A stretch of 64,000 nt of DNA from Octopus sinensis (taxonomy: Eukaryota): contig NC_043007.1 in assembly GCF_006345805.1 (NCBI RefSeq), positions 36,518,001 to 36,582,000 of the forward strand, read 5' to 3'. The notes under the pieces were generated by a model. That model ran no database searches. It was not told where the DNA came from and was given only the letters and a program-made list of their open reading frames with translations. Positions 13,434 through 24,882 of this stretch are shown here, in pieces. The first letter of the stretch is position 1. Each line of letters starts with the position of its first letter. The position numbers and the translations under genes are program-made.

Positions 13434-13827
13434 TGAAGGCACATGGCTTAATGGTTAGGGTTTTTGCCTCATGATCATAGGGTTGTGAGTTCAATTCCCG
13501 GTGACACATTGTGTCCTTGAGCAAGACACTTTATTTCACATTGCTCCAGTTCACTCAGCTGGCAAAACTGAGTAGTACCTGTAATTCAAAGGGCAAGCCT
13601 TATCACATCTGTGTCACACTGAATCTCCTTGAGAACTATATTAAAGGTACACATGTACAAAGGCGCAGGAGTAGCTGTGTGGTAAGTAGCTTGCTTACTA
13701 TCCATATGGTCCCAGGATTCATTCCCACAGCATGGCACCTTGGGCAAGTGTCTTCTACTATAGCCTCAGGCCGTCCAAAGCCTTGTGAGTGGATTTAGTA
13801 GACGGAAACTGAAAGAAGACTGTCGTA

Positions 13828-13858
<31 letters not shown>

Positions 13859-14175
13859 TGTGTGTGTATCTGTGTTTGTCCCGCCCAACATCGCTTGACA
13901 ACCGATGGTGGTGTGTTTACGTCCCCGTAACTTAGCAGTTCGGCAAAAAAAGACCGATAGAATAAGTACTAGGCTTCCAAAGAATAAATCCTGGGGGTTG
14001 ATTTGCTCAGCTACAGTCGGTGCTCCAGCATGGCCGCAGTCAAATGACTCAAACAAGTAAAAGACTAAAAGAGTATGTCTGTAGAGTGCTCAACCACTTA
14101 CAGGTTAATTTCAGGAGCATGTTGTTCCATTGATCAGATCAACTGGAACCCTCATCAGCATTACTGATGGAGTGC
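13434..14175 (+). mobile_element. tRNA-headed SINE family C (tail 2), split by a family-A SINE
   Basis: GAAGGCACATGGCTTAATGGTTAG...GTGTCCTTGAGCAAGACACTTTATTTCAC; tail resumes at ~14075. Other C copies with different tails at ~4290-4605(-), 56897-57207(+), 58880-59115(-). Tail-only chimera at 54870-55165. Confidence 0.78.
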
Positions 14176-14650
14176 CATTAGTAGTATATATATGTTTGTG
14201 CATGTGTGTCTGTGTGTGTATGGGTGTTCGTTGATTTGTTCCTTGACATTTGCTTTGCCTGCTTGGATGGCATGGACAAATATATTACTTGAGGTTCTGT
14301 TTCACAGCCAAGTGCCCTCCCTCACATTAACCCTTACCTATTTTCCAAGTAAAGATTCATTCATTCCACGTAACTTCAGAAGTACAAAGTGCCCGGATGA
14401 TTTATTGACAGTAAACTAACACCAACAATTTCATTCAAGCAATTGCAGATGTTAGCAGTCACACTTACATTTGTATACGTGTATATTTTCAACAAAGCTG
14501 TAGGAAAGGCAGCTCTTCTAGAAGAAAGATACTCTAACATAAAACTTACAATACAATCAAAATAATGCCAGTCATCATGCAATGCTTGTCACTGGGACCT
14601 ACTATAGCCACAGAGAGAATGACAACCTTGCAAAAGCTTTTGTCATTTAA

Positions 14651-15164
14651 CCCTTTCGTTAACGACCCGGCTGAAACCAGCTCTGGCTCTGAGTACAAAT
14701 GTCTTTTTTCCATAAGTTTTGCATTAAAATCTTCTACCAAACCTTGGTCACAATTTATGTTCCTAACACTAGCTGAATGATAACCAAGTTCTGTTGTGTC
14801 TGGGGAGAGTCATTTTTTTTATGCCTTATAAAATAACACACTCACCAGTAAAATTTCCACTTTTTTCTTATTTTCAATTTCCTAAAATTTTCGCTGCGTC
14901 TTGCAACCTTTTCAATAGTTTAGGAAAATAAAAATAAGAAAAAAGTGGAAATTTTTACCGGTGAGTGTGTTATATTATAAGGCATAAAAAAAAAATGACT
15001 CTCCCCAGACACAACAGAATATGCTTCAACACACAAACTCATAAAGAATTTTGCAAACCAAATCCAAAAACGAAATAACTAAGTTATCTTACTAAATTCT
15101 TTGTTATATTTAAATAATTGAAAGAAACACAGAGCATCTCCAAAAAAATACAGTAATGAAAGGG
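14651..15164. mobile_element. piggyBac-type MITE (TTAA TSD) carrying a nested foldback insertion
   Basis: TTAA|CCCTTTCGTTAAC ... CAGTAATGAAAGGG|TTAA. A related terminus CCCTTTCGTTACC occurs at ~4981. Confidence 0.75.
14791..15074. mobile_element. Foldback insertion (probable Penelope-like fragment) with 11-bp TSD
   Basis: Inverted arms CTGTTGTGTCTGGGGAGAGTCA.../...TGACTCTCCCCAGACACAACAG. ATAACCAAGTT at 14780-14790 and ATAACTAAGTT at 15075-15085. Confidence 0.7.
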
Positions 15165-15513
15165 TTAAATCCAATGACATACAGATGTTTGACAATCATT
15201 TTATTTCTACATTTGTTTCGTATTTTAAAAAGTCCTATGGCAATAGTTATGTGGTGTGAAAAATCATATCTGTACACCAAAGCAAATCAGAAGAAGCAGA
15301 CAGAATAAGAAATGGTTATCATTTGATAAGATGAGGCAATGGTCATGTATATATGAAATATCTCACTTCTCCCAAAAGCCTGTCATCATCATCATTTAAC
15401 ATCCAATGTCCAGGCACAGTTTGACCAGAGCTGGTTAACTGAGAGGCTGCGCCAGATTCCAGTCTGATTTAGCATGGTTTCTACAGCTGGATGCCCTTCC
15501 AACACCAAAAATA

Positions 15514-15558
<45 letters not shown>

Positions 15559-16089
15559 ATGTATGTACCACAACTGCTTGATAACCAGTGTTGCTTTGTG
15601 TAAGGACCCTATAACTCAGCCATTGAGCAAAAGAGACCAATACAAAAAGCACCAGGCTTTAAAAAAAAAGTACAGGGGTTGATTCATTTAACTAAAAACC
15701 CTTCATGGCAGTGCCCCAGTTTGGCCACAGTCCAATGACTGAAACATGTAAAAAGTATAAGACATATGTATATATATATTTTTTCTGTAGTTTCAGCTCA
15801 GAGCTGCAGCCATACTGATGCAGCGCTGTTAAGAAAAAGAAAATGGAGGTTTGAAAGTTAATAACTGTTTATTATTAACAGCAAATTAATCATCTTCATT
15901 TACAGTTGTTTCAGTTAATATCTTTTTTCCCTGAAGATATTACGCTCAGGTCATATAAATATAAATTTAATATTTACTGAGTATTAACTTAAATAGCTGT
16001 AAGATGATTAATTTGCTGTTAATAATATACAATTATTAACTTCCCAATCTCCATTTTTTTTTCGTTCTTTTAAATGAATATAAACTATG

Positions 16090-16152
<63 letters not shown>

Positions 16153-16255
16153 CACCTATTAGTTTAAGGAAATTAATTCCCCAAAAATACTAGGTATTGA
16201 ACCAGTATTCCTGTGGATGAAACCATCCCTTCAAGAGGTTAACACAACCTCTAAT

Positions 16256-16297
<42 letters not shown>

Positions 16298-16304
<7 letters not shown>

Positions 16305-16942
16305 AAATTAGGGTATCTGAGAGATACCACCTTGCTGAAATAGCAGTCGAAACCCTAACCCTAAAACCACCTTAAGGGAAATTTAAGCTAGTCTTGTACC
16401 TACATGTATATGTATGTATAGGCGTTCGTATATGTAAGTATAATGTATGTTCTGTGTGTGTATATATATATATATATATTATATATATATATATCATCAT
16501 CATCATCATCGTCGTTTAACGTCCGTTCTCCATGCTAGCATGGGTTGGACGGTTCGACCGGGGTTCTGGGAAGCCAGAAGGCTGCACCAGGCTCCAGTCT
16601 AATTTGGCAATGTTTCTACAGCTGGATGCCCTTCCTAACGCCAACCACTCCGTGAGTGTAGTGGGTGCTTTTTACGTGCCACCTGCATATATATATATAT
16701 ATATATATATCTCTGTATTTATGTGTTTTCTGGCATATTCAACTGAAGAAGGCAGAGCTTCTCTGAAGCAAAGCCAGAAATCCTGGATCTTGAATTATCC
16801 AGTAAAATCATTTTTGCTAGTTTATTTTGTCTTTCTGTCTTCTCTCCTGGGGAGATATGAACATTTAAGATGGTTTTAGGGTCAGGGTTTTGACTGCTAT
16901 TTCAGCATGGTGGTATCTCTCAGATACCCTAATTTATAGTTT
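16298..16942. repeat. 78-bp inverted repeat pair bracketing the H3 hammerhead
   Basis: 16298-16375 versus 16865-16942, 4 mismatches. Confidence 0.85.
16737..16795 (+). ncRNA. Type I hammerhead ribozyme candidate (H3)
   Basis: ATTCAA-CTGAAGA-A-GGC-AGA-GCTTC-TCT-GAAGC-AAA-GCC-A-GAAA-TCC-T-GGA-TC|TTGAAT. All core nucleotides present, 6-bp stem I, two-part stem II, 1-nt-loop stem III, AUC cleavage triplet. Confidence 0.7.
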
Positions 16943-17032
16943 AAATAATTATTACCTTTGTATGGTATTTATTCCCATGCTGGCCACTAGATAAGATCGA
17001 TATTTAAATATCGATATTATCCTTATTTATAA

Positions 17033-17073
<41 letters not shown>

Positions 17074-17280
17074 TATATCCTGAAATGAGTACAAAGGAAT
17101 ATATAATCCTGGTAGTTATCGTGTTTCCTCTTAAATCAGTTTTGTATGCTGGCTAACTACAGCGAAGTTTTGGTGATAACCGAGTTAACAATAAGTTGTT
17201 AGACTCTGGTAATTATTCTCGCTTGGTAAATCTGAGAGCTCTATTTGAGATTGCATAGTTTCTGTAGAGTATGTAATAGT

Positions 17281-17419
17281 ATTAATTATGACCAGGAGAA
17301 CAGATTTTTTTCCACATCTAATAATTTTATGAAACAGTTATTTACAGCATGCTGTAAATAACTGTTTCATAAAATTATAGATGTGGAGAAAAATCTCCAT
17401 TCTCCTGATCATTATTAAT
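17281..17419. repeat. Long palindrome with a 58-bp perfect spacerless core
   Basis: 17321-17378 is self-complementary about 17349/17350, with an imperfect extension on both sides. Confidence 0.9.
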
Positions 17420-17838
17420 ATATACAAACATACATACATATACATATATATATATATACATATATATGATCGTTGTGGTTTAACTCTTTATCTTATATTA
17501 AACTTTTTAATACTTTTTGATAGTTATATCTATAAAAAAAAAAATTAAAATAATAATAATAAAATTAAAAATAATAATAAAAAAAATATATATATATGAT
17601 GTATATAAATATATATATGATGTATATAAATATATATATATGATGTATATAAATATATATATGATGTATATAAATTTATAAGTATAAATTAATAATTTAA
17701 ATAATTTTTTTAATTTTAACTTTAAATTTTGAATTTTATATATTTTGTATATTATATCAATTAATTTTATTTCTATGTATTGGTTTATGTTTTTCACTGT
17801 TTGATTTGCCTAATAGTGGTTTTATATCTAATTTAATC

Positions 17839-17873
<35 letters not shown>

Positions 17874-18077
17874 TATTTCTTCATTGCCCACAAGGGGCTA
17901 AACATAGAGAGGACAAACAAACGGATTAAGTTAATTATACCGACCCCAGTATGTAACTGGTTCTTAATTTATTGACCCCGAAAAGATGAAAGGCAAAGTT
18001 GACTTCGGTAGAATTTGAACTCAGAACGTAATGGCAGACGAAACAACCGCTAAGCGTTTTGACCAGCATGCCTTTTA

Positions 18078-18129
<52 letters not shown>

Positions 18130-18321
18130 ATATATATGGTGATCTTTCAATTTCTCTATACTAAATCTACTAAGAAGACTTTAGTTGGTCCTACGCTATA
18201 GAAGATGCCGAAGGTGATGCACAGTGGCACTGAACAAGAAACCATGTGGTTAGGAAAAGGAACTTCTTCACCACAGCTATTTCTGCACCTGTGTGTGTGT
18301 GTGAGAGAGTGTGTGTGAGAG

Positions 18322-18373
<52 letters not shown>

Positions 18374-18518
18374 TGCAAATTGGTTGAGTAGTTAGTATGT
18401 TGGAAAGATTGCTGTACAGATTGATAGCTCGATACATACATACATCGATATATAGACAGAGAGATAGATAGATATATTCTATATTTTGTGTGTGTGTGTA
18501 CACGCACACACATATATA

Positions 18519-19105
18519 CAGTAATGTCTTGATATACAAGTCAATTTGTTCCTGAAAGTCACTCATAAAATGAAAACGCATAAAGCAGAGGAATAATTTC
18601 CCATAGCAATGTTATAAATTGTAATTTCTTCGCAGAAAAATATTTTACCTATAAAATTTATAATACCTGTAAATAATGTCAAGAAAGCAACAGTAGTGTG
18701 TAAAGATTATTTTATGTAAAGTAAAAAAAATGTCAAGATCATTTATAATAAAAAATATTATGATAATCTTTTTCTGAATCACTTTCACTCACACTAGACT
18801 TGTGCACATCATCACTTATAGACACGATCCACAATTCACAAGCATTCATAGATGGACTTGCAGATCACTTTTCAAAAAACAAGTCCAGAGTTGTTTGCTT
18901 AGAAGATGCTTTTTTTAAGTTCACTACAAATTTCTCGGTACCATGCAGAAGCATTTGTTATGATAGTAGAAACTCTTGCACTTTCTTCAAAATTTGGATC
19001 TCTTGCTTGAAAAATTTCAGCTCACCATACAAAAGTCGGCTGAAAAATAAAACTTGTAAACCTGGCGTCTCATAAAGCAGGTCCTCATAAAGTGAGGTAT
19101 TACTG
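18519..19105 (-). mobile_element. Non-autonomous Tigger/pogo-like DNA transposon
   Basis: TA|CAGTAATGTCTTG... and ...GAGGTATTACTG|TA termini. Minus strand retains a transposase C-terminus RDPNFEESARVS...WYREICSELKK/ASSKQTTLDLFF with one frameshift. Confidence 0.8.
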
Positions 19106-19315
19106 TATATGTATATTATATGGGTTCATTAGATGTGTGTGTGAATTGGCCATGTGGTAAGTAGCTTGCTTACGAACCACATGGTTCCGGATTCAGTCCC
19201 ACTGCGTAGCACCTTGGGCAAATGTCTTCTTCTATAGCCTCGGGCTGACCAATGAGTGGATTTGGTAGACGGAAACTGAAAGAAGCCCATCGTATATATG
19301 TATGTATATATATAT

Positions 19316-19927
19316 ATCATCATCATCATCATCATCGTTTAACGTCCGTTCTCCATGCTAGCATGGGTTGGATGGTTCGACCGGGGATCTGGGAAGCCAG
19401 AAGGCTGCACCAGGCTCCAGTCTTATCTGGCAGTGTTTCTACAGCTGGATGCCCTTCCTAACGCCAACCACTCCGTGAGTGTAGTGGGTGCTTTTTACGT
19501 GCCACCTGCACAGGTGCCAGGCGAGGCTGGCAACGGCCACGGTCGGATTGGTGTATTTTATGTGCCACCGGCACGGAAGCCAGACGAGGCGGTGCTGGCA
19601 TCGGCCACGAGTCGGATGGTGCTTTTTACATACCACCAGACCAGGGATCCTGGCTGGTTCAATTCGATTTCGATTTCGCTTGCCCCAACATGTCTTCGCA
19701 AGCAAGGGGGTTGGCATGGGTGCCTGTTGTACGGTCAGATTGGTGTATTTTACATGCCACCGGCACGGAAGCCAGTGGAGGCGGCGCTGGCATCGGCCAC
19801 GAGTCGGATAGTGCTTTTTACGTACCACCAGACCAGGGAACCTGGCTGGTTCAATTCGATTTCGCTTGCCCCAACATGTCTTCGCAAGCAAGGGGGTTGG
19901 CATGGGTGCCTGTCGTACGGTCAGATT
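19316..19927 (-). mobile_element. RTE 3' UTR fragment with tandem ~186-bp units, inserted into a family-A SINE
   Basis: Reverse complement of the 3346-3823 UTR with a (CAT)n tail. SINE halves lie at 19145-19300 and 20040-20240. Confidence 0.9.
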
Positions 19928-19941
19928 GTGTGTGTGTGTGT

Positions 19942-19979
<38 letters not shown>

Positions 19980-20269
19980 TGTGTGTATATGTTTGTGTGT
20001 GTGTGTGTATATATATGCATGTCTGTGTATATGTTTGTGAATCTGTGTTTGTCCCCCCAACATCGCTTGATAACTGATGGTGTGTTTACATCCCCGTAAC
20101 TTAGCGGTTCAGCAAAAGAGACCGATAGAATAAGTACTAGGCTTACAACGAATAAGTCCTGGGGTCGACTTGCTCGACTAAAGGCAGTGCTCCAGCATGG
20201 CCACAGTCAAATGACTGAAACAAGTAAAAGAGTAAAAGAGTGCATGCTTTGGATTGAGCTGTGGCTCTA

Positions 20270-20612
20270 TCGTGCTGCTTTTGAAGTAACCATACCCTTT
20301 GGAACATTGCGAATGACCCATTACCTCGTCGTCGTAAGCTTGCCAAAGCATGCTCAATGTCTCAGCAGCAGACTTCCCAAGTTTAACGCAAAATTTCACG
20401 TTGGCTCTTTGTTCCGACTTCCTGTCCATCACAAAAATCATCACAGACTACAGCATACATATGATCACAAAAACACAAATTTCACAACTTGCAAAGTAAA
20501 CACAGCAATGTCAGTCAGCACACTGCCTCATGAAGATCACTGGTAGCTCTCACTGCACATGCACATGCAACTGTGCACTGTCATCTGTTGGCACACTACA
20601 GAACTAGTCCAG
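20270..20612 (-). mobile_element. Mariner transposon 5' fragment (N-terminal HTH)
   Basis: MDRKSEQRANVKFCVKLGKSAAETLSMLWQAYDDEVMGHSQC is a Mos1-like HTH. Remnant terminus AAAAGTTCCTGGACTAG. Confidence 0.8.
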
Positions 20613-21500
20613 GAACTTTTATAATATATATATATTTCTTTATTGTCCACAAGGGGCTAAACATAGAGGGGACAAACAAGGACAGGCAAAGGGATTAAGT
20701 CGATTACATCGACCCCAGTGCGCAACTGGTACTTAATTTATTAACCCTGAAAGGATGAAAGGCACAGTTGACCTTGGTGGAATTTGAATTCAGAATGTAA
20801 CAGCCGCCGAAATACAGCTAAGCATTTCGTCCGGTGTGCTGACGATTCTGCCAGCTCATATTATATTTTTATAATATATAATATGCATGTGTGTGTGTGT
20901 GTACACACGATATAGAATATATATCCATACACACACACAAACATACAAAAAACGTGCACACACTGAGGCATCTCTTCATTAAGGAAATTATGTGCTTCTG
21001 CAAAAATCTTATCATAACATCAAATCTATTTTCCATTGACTTCTACATTACACGGAAGTGAATGGATAATAGGAAACCCACTTTGCTTTACAAAATTCCA
21101 TATTACAGCAGAATTTCCAACACCATAGTGTTTCCACAACATGTGGAATGCCTCTACTTATAAAAAGTGGTAGTCAAATGGCAAGGTTATTAACATATCT
21201 GATTGAATGAGTTGTGATGTTAGTTCTGTCCCTCTTTGCTCAGACTTCAAATTATGCTAGTCAACTCCCTCTTATGTTTTTTTCAGAGTCAATGAATTAA
21301 ATACTACTCCAACTCTCTCTCTCTCTCTTTCCTACACTCTTCCTTTCCAGCTGTCATATTCTGGATGTTCCACTCAGCCAAGAGAGTGAGAGCAGAAAGG
21401 AGGTTTGTATTTGCTTGCAACCACATGAACAGCTGCTCTAACAATTAGTGGAAGCAAAGTATATGTAACTGAATAACCTTTGATTGCAAATGATTGTTGT

Positions 21501-21534
<34 letters not shown>

Positions 21535-21538
<4 letters not shown>

Positions 21539-21598
21539 AAATAAGCAACAAGTATATCCAAGGTAGATCAGTTGGATATACTTGTTGCTTATTTTGAT
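21535..21598. repeat. Perfect 27-bp inverted repeat, 10-nt loop
   Basis: ATCAAAATAAGCAACAAGTATATCCAA / TTGGATATACTTGTTGCTTATTTTGAT. Confidence 0.9.
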
Positions 21599-21809
21599 TA
21601 TAATCAATCACCCCATTTGATTTATATGGATAATACCATATAAAATTCTGGTGTCTTTAACTTAAGTACCATATTCATCTGAATCTAAATTTTGCTGAAC
21701 TTATATATATATATATATATATATATCATTAGTTATGATAGACTGTTAGCCATGATAGATCGTTAGCCACTACACACATTTTTTTCTCTCTTTATTTTTT
21801 TCTGTGTCC

Positions 21810-21845
21810 CTTTCTGTAGAAGAGCATAGGCTCAAAACGTAAAAG
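21810..21845 (+). ncRNA. Hammerhead motif (family H2), decayed
   Basis: CTTT-CTGTAGA-A-GAGC-ATAG-GCTC-AAAA-CG-TA|AAAG. A related copy lies at 10206-10243. Confidence 0.5.
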
Positions 21846-21932
21846 ACTTTTTCTATTCTTGAGTGTTATACAAATACATCTGTTTGTTTTGTACACCACC
21901 TGTCTTCATCTTTTGTTTTTTTCGTAAACTCT

Positions 21933-21990
<58 letters not shown>

Positions 21991-21995
21991 CCTGG

Positions 21996-22189
21996 TGTTG
22001 GATATAATTTAATGAAATAGGGAAAAAAGAAAGTATTCACACAACACAATATTACACGAGACTCAAACACTCTCAATCAACAGCTCACAGTGAACTGCTT
22101 GCTCCAATTTGCACACAGTTCTTTATTTTATAACAATGAGTCTGTCCACTTTTGGTCACCTGTAGGATGGTCAGAATCCTTCCACAACA
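21996..22189 (-). repeat. 3' LTR (194 bp) of the Gypsy element
   Basis: TGTTG...CAACA termini, internal AATAAA, directly follows the PPT at 22190-22201. Confidence 0.8.
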
Positions 22190-23520
22190 TCTCCCCTTTT
22201 TAGAATTAGTCTCCCCTTTTGAGAATTAAACTTCGCTCAGAGTTTTAATATTTCTCATGCTGAGGATTCAATTCCAGTGTTTCCGTTCTTTCCCATTTTC
22301 TAGTGCTAGAACATGTAGTTTCAAATTGTTTGGGTGTTGGTATTTCAGGTGTGTCATACAACACTGCCGTGGGGATTTCATTTCTTGTGACTATTTTTTT
22401 CCGTGAATCTTTTTTTAAGTTGGTTAATATGTCTTTTAAGTTCAACATTTTTTTCTTTTACCAGGAATACCAGTCTTCCAATTTGTTTAATAATTACACC
22501 ATCCTCCCAGCTTTCTTTACCATATCTATAGATTTAAAAAAAAATTTGTCTCCTAACATGAAGAATTTTGAAGTATTTTTGTTGTTCACCTTTTTTCTAT
22601 TTTCACTTGGTATCGACTTATCAAAGACGGATCTGATCTCTCTAGCAAACATCAATCCTGCAGGTGACATTCCAGTTGTGGTATTCGGATTAGTTATTGC
22701 TTAGTACACACTTAGAAATTGCTGAAGTGCAAGGTCATCCGTTACTTCATTTTTCGTCCTTTTCAACACCCTCTTAAAAGTGTCCACAAAACACTCTGCT
22801 TGTTCATTTCACCTAGGATGATATGGCGAAGTGGTCACATGTTCAATAATGAACATTTTACAAAATTTTCTGAACTCGGCTGAAGTAAATTGAGTTCCAT
22901 TATCAGACACAATGGTATCGGGAATACTATATCTGGCAAACAATTCATGTAAAAAACTTACTGTAACCACAGATGTTGGTTTTTTACCCTTATGCACTTC
23001 AGGCCACTTTGAAATACTGTCCATCACAACAAGGTAATATGAACCCTTAAATGGACCTGTGTAATCAACATGCATTCTGGACCATGGGATATCTGTCTTG
23101 GGCCATGGGTACCATTTAGTGGTCACTAGTTCTTCAATGTTGGCCAATATACATAACATCTCATTAACGATTTCATTCCCCAATCCCTGACTGACCAATG
23201 TGAAATTCCTTTAGTAATCATTTTTGTAGTACATCATACACCGTTACACATTGAGAATGGGTTCATATTTGTGTTGCACCTATTTTTATCTCTTTTAGCC
23301 TTCAGCATTTCTATCATTTTTATAATGGATTTATCATTTTCCGATTTTATTTCAATGTCTTGTAATGTAACTGACAGTTCACATATGACATTACACAAAA
23401 CATTTTAAATTTCATTTTCTGCTCGCAATGCAGCAATCACGATATCTTCAAATGGTTCAGCATTTTTTGCAATCAGTCTTGATAAACAATCAGCATGTCC
23501 TAATTTCTTGGATCGTATAT

Positions 23521-23823
23521 TGTTTGTTCCTTCTTGAGCCACACCTGGCTCATAAGGGCCAATTTCCCAGTTTGCTTGGCGTATAGGTTCCCCATCTGGA
23601 TGGGACACCAATCCATCACAGGTGAGCTGCTAGATGCAGGAGGAAAGAGTGAGAGAAAGTTGTGGCGAAAGAGTTAGCAGAAGTTCACCATTACCTTCTG
23701 TCAGAGCCGTGTGGAGCTTAGGTGTTTTGCTCATAAACACACACATCGCCCGGTCTGAGATTCAAACCAGCGATCCCTCGACCGTGAGTCCACTGCTCTA
23801 ACCCCTAGGCCATGTACCTCCAC
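23521..23823 (-). mobile_element. SINE family B (tail 3) inserted in Gypsy pol with 12-bp TSD
   Basis: TGGATCGTATAT at 23509-23520 and 23824-23835. Ends in ACAAACAA. Confidence 0.88.
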
Positions 23824-24789
23824 TGGATCGTATATACTCCATCTTAAAATCATAGTTTAATAATATAGTACTCCAGTGTTGCAACCTACTAACAGTATGG
23901 GTAGGGATTCATTTCTTCAACCTATATATTGATAATAACAGACAATGATCAGTCCGTAGTCAAAAACTTCTACTGTGTAAAAATCTATGAAATTTTTTTA
24001 CAGCAAAAATAATTGCTAGAGCTTCTTTTTCAACTTGTCTGTAATTTTTTTCTGCTGATATCAGAGAACGTAAGGCATGAACCACCACCTTCATATTACC
24101 ATCCTCATATTTATGTAGCATTACTGCTCCTATACCGTACTCAGAGGCATCTGAAGCTACAACAATCTCCATTGCAGGATCCAAGTGTGCTAATGATAAA
24201 TCAGATATAAATATTCTTTTAATTTCATCAAATGCTTTCTGACAATTTTCCAACCAATTCCACTTTACATCTTTTTTTAATAGATTATTTAGTGGAACCC
24301 TTACCTTACGCACATTTGGAATATAATTTTGGTAATAATTTGCCAGTCCCAAAAAAGCTTGTAAGGTCTACTCTAATTTTTAGGTAGGCCACCAAGGTCA
24401 TGGAAACTATAGTAATGTCAGTGCCAAACAGTGTTTAGGCATAAGCGAACTTTTGGTTAGTTAAAATGTGTTTGTGACATATTTCAACTGCTAAAGGCAA
24501 ATTCACTACAGTTACTGTGGATAAAAAATTCTCTCTTATGGTAAAAATAGTGTAAAGATGCCATATCTGTCCAGTACTGCCACCTGTCAGATTCCCAGAT
24601 ATAATGTAGCTCTTTCGCCATTATTAATGGGAAATACCAAAGAGAGGTAACTCTGGACAGACCTAATCAATGCCATGGCTTCAACTAAAATACAGTCAAT
24701 AACACTGATTGCTCTCCACCAGTAGACTGCTAAGGTTGTGGAAATTATAGTAATATCAACCCCAAACAGTATTTAAGTATAAGCAAACT

Positions 24790-24882
24790 TTAGGTTAGTT
24801 AAAATGTTTGTGACATATTTCACCTGAAGTGAATTTACCTTTAGCAGGTGAAATATGTCACAAACATTTTAACTAAACCTAA
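24790..24882. repeat. Hairpin with a 32-bp perfect stem inside a ~340-bp tandem duplication (24385-24930)
   Basis: 24795-24826 versus 24845-24876. The paralog at 24455-24520 lacks the inversion. Confidence 0.85.

Larger units (their letters stand above)
21996..24365 (-). mobile_element. Ty3/Gypsy LTR retrotransposon remnant (RT end, RNase H, integrase, PPT, 3' LTR)
   Basis: FLGLANYY, ASDASEYGIGAV, AEKNYRQVEKEALAIIFAVKKFH, HADCLSRL, integrase HVDYTGP...IVSDNGTQF...PYHP. Polypurine tract AAAAAGGGGAGA is followed by TGTTG...CAACA. Confidence 0.93.

Noticed and set aside
14549-14606. Minus-strand exon-like segment GPSDKHCMMTGIILIV with GTAAGT donor
   Set aside because: Not PKD-like, ambiguous acceptor, no other support.
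17500-17800. 96-aa Ile/Tyr/Lys-rich ORF resembling organellar sequence
   Set aside because: Near-pure AT low-complexity with a short TGATGTATATAAATATATATA tandem; no gene motifs.
19488-19830. CRISPR-like repeat-spacer pattern in the RTE 3' UTR modules
   Set aside because: Spacers are homologous to each other, the context is a eukaryotic LINE UTR, and there are no cas genes.
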